Shown here in pieces: positions 11,297 to 24,202 of a stretch of 64,000 nucleotides of DNA (within the stretch, counting starts at the first letter, position 1; every line of letters begins with the position of its first letter). The stretch lies in NCBI GenBank assembly GCA_964187785.1, contig CAXLNC010001180.1, forward strand, positions 1-64,000. The letters run 5' to 3'. This DNA comes from Amphiscolops sp. MND2022. Its lineage: Eukaryota. Below the pieces are notes generated by a model. That model ran no database searches and was not told where the DNA came from. It worked only from the letters and a program-made list of their open reading frames with translations. The translations under genes and the position numbers were made by a program.

Positions 11297-13972
11297 CGGG
11301 TGCTTAATTGAACCCCATTTTTTTACCCTATTTGCACGAAACCTGCGAAAACGTAGTGCGAAAATCAATGTCTTTATCCAAAAAGGGCCCCAAAATGGAT
11401 GCCGCTTTTAGGGTTCAATTAAGCACCCATGAATTTGTGCTTCATTCTTGCCCTTTCTGTTTTGCCCCTTTTCTCGGGGGCTACGGGGTTTTTGCCCTGC
11501 TTTTTGCTCCCAGATGCCCCCGAAACACAGGGGATACGACGTGTTTGCGCTTTTTTGGGGCCAAACGCGGGGGGCAACGCGTCTGCTGCGACAAATTGGT
11601 GCGAAACGCGGAGGGCAGGAGGGTTTCTTATCTTTTGTGTTTTTTTTGTTTTTTTGTCTGGCGGGGGGCAGCGCGTTTGGTGCAACATATCTGCGCCAAG
11701 CACGGGGAGGACAAGCTTGTTTTTTGGGGGGTGTTCGGGTCTTCTGTTCCCAGGAAGAACAAGAATAAAGAAGAGAAGAAGGAGGAGGAGGAGACGAAGA
11801 AGAAGNNNNNNNNNNNNNNNNNNNNNNNNNNNNNNNNNNNNNNNNNNNNNNNNNNNNNNNNNNNNNNNNNNNNNNNNNNNNNNNNNNNNNNNNNNNNNNN
11901 NNNNNNNNNNNNNNNNNNNNNNNNNNNNNNNNNNNNNNNNNNNNNNNNNNNNNNNNNNNNNNNNNNNNNNNNNNNNNNNNNNNNNNTAACTAGAAAAGAA
12001 GAACTAGAAAAGAAGAACAAGGGAAGAANNNNNNNNNNNNNNNNNNNNNNNNNNNNNNNNNNNNNNNNNNNNNNNNNNNNNNNNNNNNNNNNNNNNNNNN
12101 NNNNNNNNNNNNNNNNNNNNNNNNNNNNNNNNNNNNNNNNNNNNNNNNNNNNNNNNNNNNNNNNNNNNNNNNNNNNNNNNNNNNNNNNNNNNNNAAGAGG
12201 AATTACAGGGAGGAAAGGAAGAACAAGGAGGAGAGAAGGGCAGAAAAAGTCTGTTTTCCCCCATGTTTTGTTACCCCCTTATTTTGTTGTGTTTTTTGTT
12301 TTCCCTTCTTCCCCTTCTCATTTCTCTTCTTATTATTCTTCTTTTGATATGTTTCTTCTTCTTATTCATCTTATTATTCTTCATCTAGTCTTCCGTCTGC
12401 TTATTTATATTGATTTGCTTCTTCATCATCTTCTTCTTATTATTATTGTTTTTCTTATTTTTATATTTCTTCTTTTCTATTTTGATATTCTTATTTGGCT
12501 TATTTCCTTTTTCTTATTTTTCATTTTCGTCTTCTTTTTTTCTCTGGTTTGTCTTCTTCATATTTGCATTTTTTTGTTATCTTCTTCTTCTTTTCGTTAT
12601 TGACCTCCTTCTTTGTCTTCTTCTTAATTGCCTTTCTATTTCTTCTTTTCTTCTTATTATCCTTATTATTATTATTTGTTCTTCTTCTTCTTTGTCTTAT
12701 TCTTCTTTTCCTTTTTCTTATTCTACTTATTTGTTTGTGTTTTTCTTAAACAACAAAAACAAGAACAGCAACAACAACAACAGCAACAACAACAACAACC
12801 AGAACAACAACAATAACAACAACAACAACGACAACCAAACAACCACAACAACAACAAAATAACAACCAAGAACAAGAACAACAAAACAACAACCAAAACA
12901 ACAACCACAACAACAACAAAAACAACAAAACAACAAAACAACAACAACAAAACAACAACAACAACAAGAAACAACAACCCAAAACAAGAACAACAAATCA
13001 ATAACAACAACAACCAAACAAGCAAACAACAGCAAAAACAACAACAACAACCAAACAACCAAAACCACCCCAATGTGTGTGCACCTGAAACCACTATAAA
13101 AATAGTGGTTTCAGGCATAGGGCAGGCAGCTTTATCTTCTTCTTGTTGTTGTTCTCCTTCTCCTTCTCCTCCTTCTTCTTCTCATCCTTCTTCTTCTCCT
13201 TATGCTTCTTCTTCTTGTTATTTTTCTTCTTTTTGCTTCTTCTTGNNNNNNNNNNNNNNNNNNNNNNNNNNNNNNNNNNNNNNNNNNNNNNNNNNNNNNN
13301 NNNNNNNNNNNNNNNNNNNNNNNNNNNNNNNNNNNNNNNNNNNNNNNNNNNNNNNNNNNNNNNNNNNNNNNNNNNNNNNNNTCTGCTTATGCTTTTTTTT
13401 CTTGATTTGCCTCTTCTTTTTCTTCTTCTTGTTTGTCTTCGTCACTTCATGTGCCTGAAACCACTATAAAAGTAGTGGTTGCAGCCACATGAGCAAGAAC
13501 CACCCCAGTGTGTGTGCCTGAAACCACTACAAAAACAGTGGTTTCAGGCATAGCACAGAGAAACCCCGTGAACCGACCCAGACCCTCCCCCCACCCCAAA
13601 CATAGGAAAAACATTTCTTGGTCCGCGGAGCCCAAAAAGTGGGATTTTTTGAGCGAAAATCTCGCGCTTTATCGAAGCACACAGAGACCTTTCTCAAGTA
13701 TAGCGTTTTTCCTTCTTTTGCGCGTTGGGGCTCCGAAACCCCTATTTTTGTAGTGTTTTCGGGACTTCACGAAGCGGGATCGTCGAAAAATGCACTTTTC
13801 TGAAAACCCTCTAAAAACCAGGGACAGAAAAAAAATTGCACTTTCGACATATTTGCCTTAGTTTTCGGGGGGACCGAAACCCCTATTTCTGTAGTGTTTT
13901 CAAGGGCCCAAAAAGGTGGGGTTCAATTAAGCTCTCTTGAAGTGACCAGAATGGGGTTCAATTAAGCACTCG
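11297..13972. mobile_element. (TA)n-flanked non-coding TIR element 3
   Basis: cgggtgcttaattgaaccccatt...aatggggttcaattaagcactcg (23 bp, 1 mismatch). Internal gggttcaattaagc repeats, (AAC)n and (TTC)n tracts, three hairpins. Confidence 0.8.
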
Positions 13973-14142
13973 TAAGCGCATATATATATATATATGTAGC
14001 TATACATGTATATATTTATCTATAGAAAGAGATAGAGGGGAAATAGAGAGATATACATAGACGGAGGGATAGATAGATGGAGAAACAGAGAGAGATGTCT
14101 GTTGGCGATGATCAGAACAATGTTGTATCAATGCCTTGCGAG

Positions 14143-14143
<1 letters not shown>

Positions 14144-14182
<39 letters not shown>
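14144..14182. repeat. (GATA)n microsatellite
   Basis: Directly visible. Confidence 0.95.
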
Positions 14183-14184
<2 letters not shown>

Positions 14185-14385
14185 GAGAGATACAGTGAGA
14201 AAGAGAGAGATAGATACTGAGAAAGATTTACATATATATATATATATAGAGTGAGAAAAGAGAGAGAGAGAGAGAGAGAGAGAGGAGTGTGGGTGTGAAA
14301 GGGAGAGGGAAAGAGTGAGAGAGTGAGCGAGAAAGTAAGCGAGAAAAAGAGATAGATAGATATATGTATATGTATATATATATAT

Positions 14386-16233
14386 GGGTTGTAGGGTCAA
14401 TAATTGGGGCCACATTTGCCCTTTGTTGGGTCAATAACTGGGCAACCGTTTTCTTTCTTGTATTTTCAAATATTCTTCTTTCTGCAAGGAGAATGAGATT
14501 TTCAAAGAAAAACAAAGCTTTAAAAACAATTTGAAACAATCTCTTGGGTCAATAACTGGGCCACATGTGCCTCAAAAAATATGAGCCAACATGTGGCCCT
14601 GTCATTGACCCTACCGTGGCCCAGTTGTTGACCCTACTTTTTGCGCCCAAGAAGCAAAAACAGTGGCCATAATTGGCCGAAACCCCTATTTTATTGTGTT
14701 TGTGAAGAAACAACCGCAACAACAACAACTACGATAGCAACAAGCAGAATGAGAACAGCAACAACAAGACAAATACAACATAACCACAACCAATAATCAA
14801 CACAATGTAAAACAACAACAACAGCAAATTACAACTACTTCAACATAAACATGTTGTAATAAGTATATCAACAACAACAAACAACAAAATCATAATCAAC
14901 AACAACATAATAAAGCAACAACAAAAATAAGATATTTACTAAGATAACAAACAACAAAATATATACATTTAATAACACATTCGCATCTTAATTGCTAACA
15001 AAACACTATAAAACCAGTAGTTTCAGAGCAAAACAAAAACAACACAACAACAACAGCAAAAACAACAGCAAAACAATATTGCAATGTCAACCAAAACAAC
15101 ACCAGCATATAAACGAAACAACAACATCAAAACAACAAAATAAAACCATCAACAACAACATAACAACAGAGCAGCAACAACAACATAACAGAACAACAGC
15201 AAAAATAAAGCAAACAAAACAAAATCAAACAACAACAACAATAAAACAATAAAACTATAATCACATATAGGATGATAAAGAATATGAAAATAATATGATT
15301 GAGATGATGAACATGAATCATAATAAGAAGACAAATAAGAAGTAAAATAANNNNNNNNNNNNNNNNNNNNNNNNNNNNNNNNNNNNNNNNNNNNNNNNNN
15401 NNNNNNNNNNNNNNNNNNNNNNNNNNNNNNNNNNNNNNNNNNNNNNNNNNNNNNNNNNNNNNNNNNNNNNNNNNNNNNNNNNNNNNNNNNNNNNNNNNNN
15501 NNNNNNNNNNNNNNNNNNNNNNNNNNNNNNNNNNNNNNNNNNNNNNNNNNNNNNNNNNNNNNNNNNNNNNNNNNNCTGCTTCTCTCATCTTTTGGGGGGC
15601 GCTTCGCCCCCCCCGCCCCCCCCCCCCCCCTTTTTTACAGAATCCGAAAACACAACTCAAAAACACATCAAACTCAAAGAACCCCCAAACAGTCATCGTT
15701 TCTTTTTCTTTGTTTTTTTGCCCTCTTTCTAACATAGCCTTTCCCAAAATTGCCACCACCAGCTTTTCCTGAAAATGCGTAAAAAGGAGGGCTTTAGCAG
15801 ATTTAAAAGGTTGAAATTTTGGGGCCGAAAAAGGTGGAACTACTTCCTGCCCGTTTTAATGCCCCCGAAAACAGTGTAAAAATGGTGTTATTTTTACCTG
15901 TGGCCTCTCTCTTCTTTTCACCCTTTTCCTTCTCTCAAGGAGGGGGTGGCAAAAAACCTTGTTTTGTATGTTTTTTTGCCACCCCCTTTTTTGTAATCTA
16001 GTAGCAACATCCACCAACAACCACCAGAGCAAAAAACTGAAAAGGGGATGGCTACCATCCCCTTTTTGAAAAGCCTGTTTTTGGACCAAAACACCAGAAA
16101 GCAACGAAACCTTGCACCCCCCTCTGAAAACCTTGCTCACAAAATCCCCCCGAGACCACTATTTTTATGGGCTAAAAATGATGTGGCCCAGTTATTGACC
16201 CAACGGTGGCCCAGTAATTGACTCTAAAAACCC
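14386..16233. mobile_element. (TA)n-adjacent non-coding TIR element 4
   Basis: gggttgtagggtcaataattggggccac...gtggcccagtaattgactctaaaaaccc. Repeated ggcccagttattgaccc. Confidence 0.7.
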
Positions 16234-16236
16234 CAA

Positions 16237-17630
16237 AAGTTATTATCTGGTCCAGGCTTGGCCTTCTTAATAGTTATTATCTGGTCCAAGTAAGGGTTAT
16301 TATCTGGTCCAAGGTGATTTTGGGCCTATATTTGCAGTGGTTTCAAGTGTTTTTTTGCAGACTCAGTTATCGCTTTGTGTTTTTTGGTGCCCAATTATGA
16401 GCCACTTTTCTAAAAGTAGGGTTTTTGAAAAAAAGAGGGTTGCATTTTTTTTCAAATTTCTGTGTTGTAAGTTATTTATTCCTTTTTTCATGTCTGCTAA
16501 AACACTATAAAAGTCGGGGTTTCAGCATTTTTGTGTTTTGTTGTTCAAAGGGAAGAGAAAAGCCCCCAAAAATGACAACTGGAATTTCTGGTTTTGGTTT
16601 CTTTGGTCCAAAATGGCGGTTTCGTGACGCATATCTATTTTTCAAAAATTGGCTTGCTGAAACCCCTATTTTTATAGTGTGTTGGGGGGGCGCGCTTGTT
16701 GGGCCAATTTGTCAAAAAAGGGAAATTGTGCCCCCCCCAAACAAAAATTTTTGGCTGTTAGCTGAAAAGCTCTTTTTGGGGGGTGTGTTTTGGTTTTTGT
16801 TGGTTTTTTTCTTTATTTTTGAGGGGGGTTTGTTTTCTTATCTTTCCTTTGTTTGCTTTTAATAAAAAACCTGTTTTTCCCCCAAAAATGTTTTTTTGTT
16901 TATTTTTCAGTGTCTCGCTTTGTTTCTCCTCCGCCTTTTTTGCCTCCCCCCTTTTCACTTTCTCTTTCTCTGCCTCTCTCTTCTATTTTTCTTTCTTCCT
17001 TTCTTTTTTGCTTTCTTTTCTTTCCTTCCTGTTGTCTCTGTCTTTCTTTGTCTTTCTTCTTTGCATTTGTTTCATGAAAAGAACAACATAGAATATTACA
17101 TGAGAAGGTTTTTTTTCATAAATCCTTTCTCTTTTTGATTTTCTATCTTGTTTTCTCTTTCACATTCCTTTCTCTTATCTTTGTTTTTTCTTTCATGTTG
17201 AGTTGTGTTTCTTGTTCAACATCAATGTTCTTTCTTTCAAAAAAGAGAAGTCGAAAAACACCAATTTTTGGTCAAGAGGGGGGTCGCAACAAAACTATTT
17301 TTAAGAACCTGTGTTTTGTAAAATGTGAAAAGTTATCGTTCTTCTAGCACTTTTTGCCAATTTTTGTTGATTAAAAAACACTGTAAAATAGACATTTTAG
17401 CACATTTTTGAAAGCAAAAAACAAAAGAGTATATTTTGAGAGGTTATTTATTATCTGGTCCAAGTTTGGGGTCCAAAAAATGGCCAACTTGGACCAGATA
17501 ATAACCATTCAAATTTCTGGGCGCAATTTGTTTCAATCAAACAGGGCCGAAACCCATATTTTCATAGCGTTTTTTGACAAACAGTGTTTTTAGACAAAAA
17601 CAAACTTGGACCAGATAATAGCTCCACAGC
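16237..17630. mobile_element. TIR element 5, left terminus clipped next to element 4
   Basis: agttattatctggtccag...cttggaccagataatagctccacagc followed by a TA run. Same terminal motif as element 1. Confidence 0.7.
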
Positions 17631-17692
17631 TACATATATATATATATATATATGTGTATGTATGTATGTATGTATGTATGTATGTGTATATA

Positions 17693-19292
17693 GCTGGCCA
17701 AGTTTAGCCCTTGTTTGATGTTAGTATGCTGGCCAAGGTAGAGTTAAATTCTTGCCAAGGTAATTTCGTGCTACGTTTACAGTGGTTTCAAGAGATTTTC
17801 TGTATTATTTCTTGCTTTTCAGGTGTTTTTTGTCACTTTTTTGCCCGTTTGGGTTGTTTTTTTTGCCAAGTATGCTGTTTTTTTTGAAAATCGTCTGTCT
17901 TGGGGTTGTCTCCCTTTAAAACGTATTGGTTTTTTTGAGGTTTTTTCGCCTTTTTTTGTGCACTGCCCTTTTGGAGGAGTTGCAAAAAAGGGGCGCTTTC
18001 GCGTACACTCTTTGAAGGGGGGGTTTCGGCGTTTCTGCTTTCAAAGTGTTTTTCCCGAGCCCACTGTGTTTATTGGGGTTTCAGGCTGTCACACTTTTTT
18101 TGGGGTGGGGGGTGCCCAAATTGCAGACAACTAGTGTTAACAGGAAGAATTAGTAGAAAACTAAGAAGAAGACAATGAAGAAGATGGAGAAAAATGGGGA
18201 AGAAAGACAAGACAAAAAATCAAACATCAACACTAAAACAAGGAGAGAACAAAAGGGTAGTGGAGGATTGAGTAGAGAAGGGGGAGAACTGGACAGACAA
18301 GAAGAAAAAGTAACAAAACGAAGGGGTACAAGACAGACAAGAACAAACAGCAAAGGAACAAAAAGGGGCTAGAGAAGAGTAGAACAAAATAATCAAAAGA
18401 AGCAAAAGAAGCAAAAGAAGAAGAAGAAGAAGAAGAAGAAAAGGAAAATAATAAGAGGAATAAGAAGGAGAAGGACAATACATATAAGAAGAATAAACGC
18501 CAGAATAAGAACAATACTATGATGATGAAGCAGAAGAAACAGAACAACAAAAACAAAACAGGAAAACATACAAAACAAAACGGATTTCTTCTGAATGTGT
18601 TGTCCTTATTTCCGTCGTTTTCTTGTCTTTGTCTTTCTCTTGTGGCTCTTTGTCTCTGACAAAAAATCGCTCTGCTTTTGATTTTCTTCTTGCCTTTTCC
18701 CCAGAGGCCATTTATCCCATTTTCCCTTAGAAAACACCTCATTTGGAGCTCGTTGATTTGTCATATTGCTGTTTTTTGTTGTCTAGTTCTCTGCTTTGGC
18801 CTTTCTTTCTTCTTGATGTGTTTGCTTTTCCTTTTTCTTGTTGCTGTCTTCTGTGAAGAAGTTCTTGTTATTTTGGTTTTTGGTTTGTTTATCTTCAATT
18901 GCATTTGCTTCTTGTTGGCTTCTTTCGTTTCTGTTGGTTTTTCATATTTTTGTCTTCTTCTGCTCCTCGTTCTTCCCTTAGCAACATGAGGTGGTCGGAA
19001 ATTTGGCTTCCACTAGAGTTGCACTTTTTGGGCGTTTTTGGTCCGGACCTCTTTCGGGGATGGGTCCTGTATTCCTCAAAAAACACTCTAAAATAGGGGT
19101 TTCAGAGTATTTTGCTGCCACCCTAGAAACGATGACATTGTGGTCCAAAAAGTAGAGTTCAAATGCTGGCCAAGTTTTCGTCTTTTTTGGGGCCTCTACA
19201 TGGCCAGCATTTTAACTCTGCCTTTGCTTAGGGAGAATCAGATTTGAAAAAAAAACATGGGCTAAACTTGGCCAGCACTTTAACCCTACAGC
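17693..19292. mobile_element. (TA)n-flanked TIR element 6, left TIR shortened
   Basis: gctggccaagtttagcccttgttt...aaacatgggctaaacttggccagcactttaaccctacagc. TA/TATG runs on both sides. Confidence 0.7.
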
Positions 19293-19873
19293 ATATAGAT
19301 ATACATATATATATATATGTATATCTATAGAGAGGGAGAATGAATGAGTGTGAGGAGAGATGATGAGAGAATGAGAGAATGAACGAGAGAATGAGAGAGT
19401 GAGACAGAAATAGAATGAGAGAGTGAGATAGAAATAGAGAGAGGTAGATAAATAGATAGATTCGATTGGATATATTGGACTTATTGGATAGATTAGATAG
19501 ATTAGATGGNNNNNNNNNNNNNNNNNNNNNNNNNNNNNNNNNNNNNNNNNNNNNNNNNNNNNNNNNNNNNNNNNNNNNNNNNNNNNNNNNNNNNNNNNNN
19601 NNNNNNNNNNNNNNNNNNNNNNNNNNNNNNNNNNNNNNNNNNNNNNNNNNNNNNNNNNNNNNNNNNNNNNNNNNNNNNNNNNNNNNNNNNNNNNNNNNNN
19701 NNNNNNNNNNNNNNNNNAAAAGATTGAGGAGGGGAATGGGGGGATTGAGGGCAAGGTCTTCAGGACATCATCCATTGCAAAGCAGATCCATAAACACATA
19801 TTGCTCATTCGATGGCTTGTGTTCAGATACGCGTCATCTTTCTGTTTGCATGTCTCTCTCTCTCTCTCTCTCT

Positions 19874-19915
<42 letters not shown>

Positions 19916-20021
19916 CCTCTTGTTTCAGTCTCCCTCAGGCCTTCCAGAGTGTGCTCATTGTCAGAGTGTCTCTTTGCTCTTCATTGCCCAACATGCTCTC
20001 TATGCTTGTTTGCTTGCTGAG

Positions 20022-20091
20022 GGCCTTGCTGCCTCCAGATTTCGCCCTCTTCCTGGTTCCTGCCTTGCCACGAAAGCCTGGCACTGACAAG
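20022..20091 (+). CDS. Exon encoding the A10 motif (catalytic Lys) of the adenylation domain
   Basis: Acceptor gctgag|g, GC donor aag|gcgcgt. (R)ALLPPDFALFLVPALPRKPGTDK resembles LPxxxxGK. Phases match both neighbours. Confidence 0.8.
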
Positions 20092-20400
20092 GCGCGTTTC
20101 CCTAGAAACCATGACAGATACTTGGAAACGCTCTGTCTGTAAGCACATCAGCAGGCATGGTGGCCCAAGCGCCTGTTCTTTCATGTGTGGCCACCTTCAT
20201 CCGCTTCCCAAAGCCAGGGTCCATGAAGTGGAGAAGAGAAGAGAAGTAGAGGAGAGGACAGATGAATGCCTTCTTCAGACCTAGATTGAGAGCCTTGACA
20301 TGCCCTTTCATGTGATGGAAGCAACATTAGCCGAGGCATGGCTTTGCCTGAGTATTCTTTGTGGATGGTCTAACCACATGAAGCATGGACCGCGGGAGAG

Positions 20401-20448
20401 GTTGACAGGCAGAAGCTCTCCAACTTTGTGCATGCAGTCTCCATCGAG
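20401..20448 (+). CDS. Exon completing the A10 motif
   Basis: Acceptor gagag|gtt. VDRQKLSNFVHAVSIE completes K|VDR. GC donor at 20449, or alternative GT donor at 20455. Confidence 0.8.
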
Positions 20449-21060
20449 GCCTGCGTATGCCATCCATGATTTGAGAGTGCCATTGAGTTAGATAATGAAA
20501 CATAACACACTAACACATCAGACAACTCAGACTTTGGCTATGCAATGTCATGGTTTGCATCACAACTGCAATGTCATGCTTTGCATCACAACTGTGGTTC
20601 TGCACTGAGCTGTTGTGTCATGGTTGCATAGTCCTTTTTTCTGCCACAGTGCGCACCACAAAGAAACATTCAAAGGAGTTCATTTTAGGTATTGTATTGG
20701 AAGTGAAAACATAACAAAAGTATTTGTGAACAAATTATTTAAGAATCCTGAATCAAAGGTACTTCCTCTAACTTACATGAGTTGTTGGAATGCTTGTGGC
20801 CATGGCATCATGCAGTGTTTTTAGAGGTATCCGCATGCCAGAAGGACATGGCAATGCACTCGCAAATGGACCTCAAACAGCAGACACCGATAATCCATGT
20901 AGTGCTGTTTCACTTGCCTTAGCCTTAAGATTTTGTCATCTTGACCAGGAAACAGCACTGGGCAATCTGCCAAAAGTGGCAGAGCATCTTGGACTGCCAT
21001 AGCCTCAGCCATCCCTCCTCTAGAAGGTGCATCTTCCTGAGACACTATATATATATATAT

Positions 21061-23220
21061 GCTGGTGAGTTAGTCTATAGTCCACCTTTTTCCTTTTTGA
21101 GGGCCAGTCTATAGTCCACCTTTTTTTTCCAAAAATTCCGCCACATCATCAATAACCATTTCCTCCCCGTGTTTTGGTGAAAAACACGTCGATACCGACC
21201 AAAGAGAGAGTTAGTCTATAGTCCACCCATAGGCCAGCCTATAGTCCACCAAAAGTGCCCATTTTTAGACAAAAAATGTGGACTATAGACGAACTAGGGG
21301 GTGGTCTATAGACTGGCCTTCAATTTTACGAAATTAGGCCCCAAAAAACCTTAACATTAAGCACCACAAAACACTACAAAAATAGGGGTTTCAGCAACTT
21401 CCGCCCACTTAGCTTCACAAGAACACCAAAGAATTATGCACCAAAATTGCCCAACCGTCCGTAAAAAAAAAAGAAGGCGGGTGCAAGGTGGACTATGGAC
21501 TAACTAGCCCCTTTTTTTCTATATGCGTGAGTCTTGTGTTTATGATTTGTTTTTCTTCCTTTTGTTCTTTTAGTTCCTTGTTTCTTCTTCTTCTTCTTTT
21601 TCTTCTTCGTCTTCTTCTTATTATTATCATTCTTGTTCTAGTCTTTCTTCAAACGTGGAAGGAAAGATCTACCTGGTCTAAGAAAGGAAGAAAGGAAAAA
21701 GAAAGGAAGGAAAGGAATCCTATGAGAAGAAGGAAGAGGAAGAAAGGAAGAAAGGAAAAAAAATGGACTATGGACTCACATGCCCCTTTTTTGGTCTTTC
21801 TGTGAATGCGTGACTGTTGTGTTTTTTTTTTGTTTTTTTTTGTTGTTTTGTTTTTCTTCCTTTTGTTCTTTTAGGTCCTTGTTTCTTATTCTTCCTCCTC
21901 TTAGTCTTCTTATTATACTTCTTCTTGTTCTTGTCTTTATCAAAAAAATGGAGAGAAAGATCTAGCTGGTCTAAGAAAGGAAGAAAGCAAAAATAAAGGA
22001 AGGAAAGGAATCCTATGAGAAGAAGGAAGAGAAAGAAAGGAAGAAAGGAAAAACAAATGGAAGGAAAGATCTACCTGGTCTAAACATATTGTTCTTCTTG
22101 CTATCTTTCTTTCTTTATCTCTGACTTTCGTCTGCTTCTTTCATTTAGAAGCAAAAAGAAACGTTACGACATAGATAAACAAAAGAAAGAAAGAAAAAAA
22201 GAAAGGAGAGAAAGGAAAGAAAGGAAGCAAGGCAGAAAGGANNNNNNNNNNNNNNNNNNNNNNNNNNNNNNNNNNNNNNNNNNNNNNNNNNNNNNNNNNN
22301 NNNNNNNNNNNNNNNNNNNNNNNNNNNNNNNNNNNNNNNNNNNNNNNNNNNNNNNNNNNNNNNNNNNNNNNNNNNNNNNNGCAAAAAAGACTGGAAAATC
22401 AGGGTTTTTTTGAAGTTTCCTTTTGTTGTTCTCTTCCTGTGGGTCTTCCGGGACAAACAACAACAACAAAGCAGCAACAACAACAACAAAACAACCACCA
22501 AGACAACCACCAAGACAACCACAACAACAAAAACAAAACCAACAAAATAACAACAACACAACAACACAACAACAAGAAAACCTCAAAACAAACAAGATCA
22601 ACAAACAACAGAACAACAACAAAACAACAACAAAACCAAACAACAACAACAGAAGTAAGACAGAGAGAACGGAAGAAAGCAAAGAAAGGAAAGAAACGAA
22701 GCAACGCAGAAAGGAAGGAATGGAAAAATGGAAGGAAAGAAGAAAGGAAGGAAGGAAAAAAAGAAAGAAAGGAAGGAAAGAAAGCAAAGAAAGGAAAGGA
22801 AAGAAAGCAAAGAAGAAAGACAAGAAAGAAAGAGAACGAGAAAGAGAAAGACAAGGGGGAAAAGGGCAAATAACATTGTTTTTTTTTGTCTTGTGNNNNN
22901 NNNNNNNNNNNNNNNNNNNNNNNNNNNNNNNNNNNNNNNNNNNNNNNNNNNNNNNNNNNNNNNNNNNNNNNNNNNNNNNNNNNNNNNNNNNNNNNNNNNN
23001 NNNNNNNNNNNNNNNNNNNNNNNNNNNNNNNNNNNNNNNNNNNNNNNNNNNNNNNNNNNNNNNNNNNNNNNNNNNNNNNNNNNNNNNNNNNNNNNNNNNN
23101 NNNNNNNNNNNNNNNNAAAAGCAAAATAACAACAACACAACAACAACGACAACAACCAACAACAAAACATAACAAGAACAACAAACAACAAAAGAAGAAC
23201 TACAAAACAACAACAAAACC

Positions 23221-23274
<54 letters not shown>

Positions 23275-23900
23275 AAACTCAAAGGTCAACATAGGCAGCT
23301 CACCTTCATCTTCATCCAGACTCGACACTCACAGCCCCATACTTCCTCACAACCAAAAAAAAAAACCATTTTACGGGAAATTTACCGACCCCAACAAAGC
23401 GGGTGCAACTGAAAATTTCAGGCCATCTCAGATTTTACTGGAAAATATAGGCTAAAACACTCATCTCCCCATAAAATTTTCAGAAACGCCGTTTTTTGGC
23501 AAAAAAAAAAAATTCCCGAATTTACGGACCACGTGTTTCCAGCAGAACGACCACTCAACCGAACAGACACACTACACCTCCCGAAACCCCTATTTTTACA
23601 GCAGTTTTCAGAGAAGGCCCCACCAAAGCAAGCATAGCTTGCAAAAGTTCCAGGACAATGGATCCCAGAAACTCGCGATTTTCGTGACCGTTCCGATGCC
23701 CAGGGACATTTTTCACCAACCTGTAACCGGAAGAAGCCGTAAATTTCGTTCGAAGTCCATCCGCGGGTGTCCTGCCGAAATTGCGCCCAAACCTCTATTT
23801 TTATAGTGCCAAACGGACGTGGACTATAGACTAACTAGGGGGTGGACTATAGACTAACTCTCAAACGGGAAAAAGGTGGACTATAGACTAACTCACCAGC
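21061..23900. mobile_element. (TA)n-flanked TIR element 7, best preserved
   Basis: 33-bp perfect TIR gctggtgagttagtctatagtccacctttttcc, extending to ~60 bp. Pure TA runs on both sides. Many gtggactatagact subterminal repeats. Internal ~280-bp tandem duplication at ~21490-22060. Confidence 0.9.
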
Positions 23901-24160
23901 ATATATATATATATATCTCTCTCTCTCTCTCTGTCTCTCTCTGTCCTCCTACTCTAAAATGTGACCTATTGAGAAGATTGACAGCATTGAAGAGCACCGC
24001 GTTGTTTTGTTCTCAGCTACCTGATCTGGAAGAGGAGAGTGGCAAGGACATTAGCTGAGCACAACATCCAGATGTACATGACTCTTCCCCCTTCTCAGGA
24101 ACTGGTTGATGTAAGTTGAGCCACTCTGTCCAGCACTTGTTTCGGATCTCTGTTGGCAAG

Positions 24161-24202
24161 GCCATCACCAACGAGGTGCAAGAGCAGAACAGCTTTCGCA
24201 AG
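24161..24202 (+). CDS. Candidate linker exon
   Basis: ggcaag|gcc...aag|gatacc (GA donor). AITNEVQEQNSFRK, phase 0-0, bridges exons 20401 and 25076. Supported only by splice context and phase. Confidence 0.45.

Noticed and set aside
19940-20311. Protein-like minus-strand frames around 19940-20311
   Set aside because: They overlap the motif-bearing + strand A10 exon, have no consistent splice partners and are most likely antisense shadow.
7700-23460. Dozens of long Phe/Leu/Cys-, Lys/Asn- or Gln-rich ORFs
   Set aside because: They are translations of (AAC)n, (TTC)n and A/T-rich filler inside the non-coding TIR elements, and many run through N-gaps.
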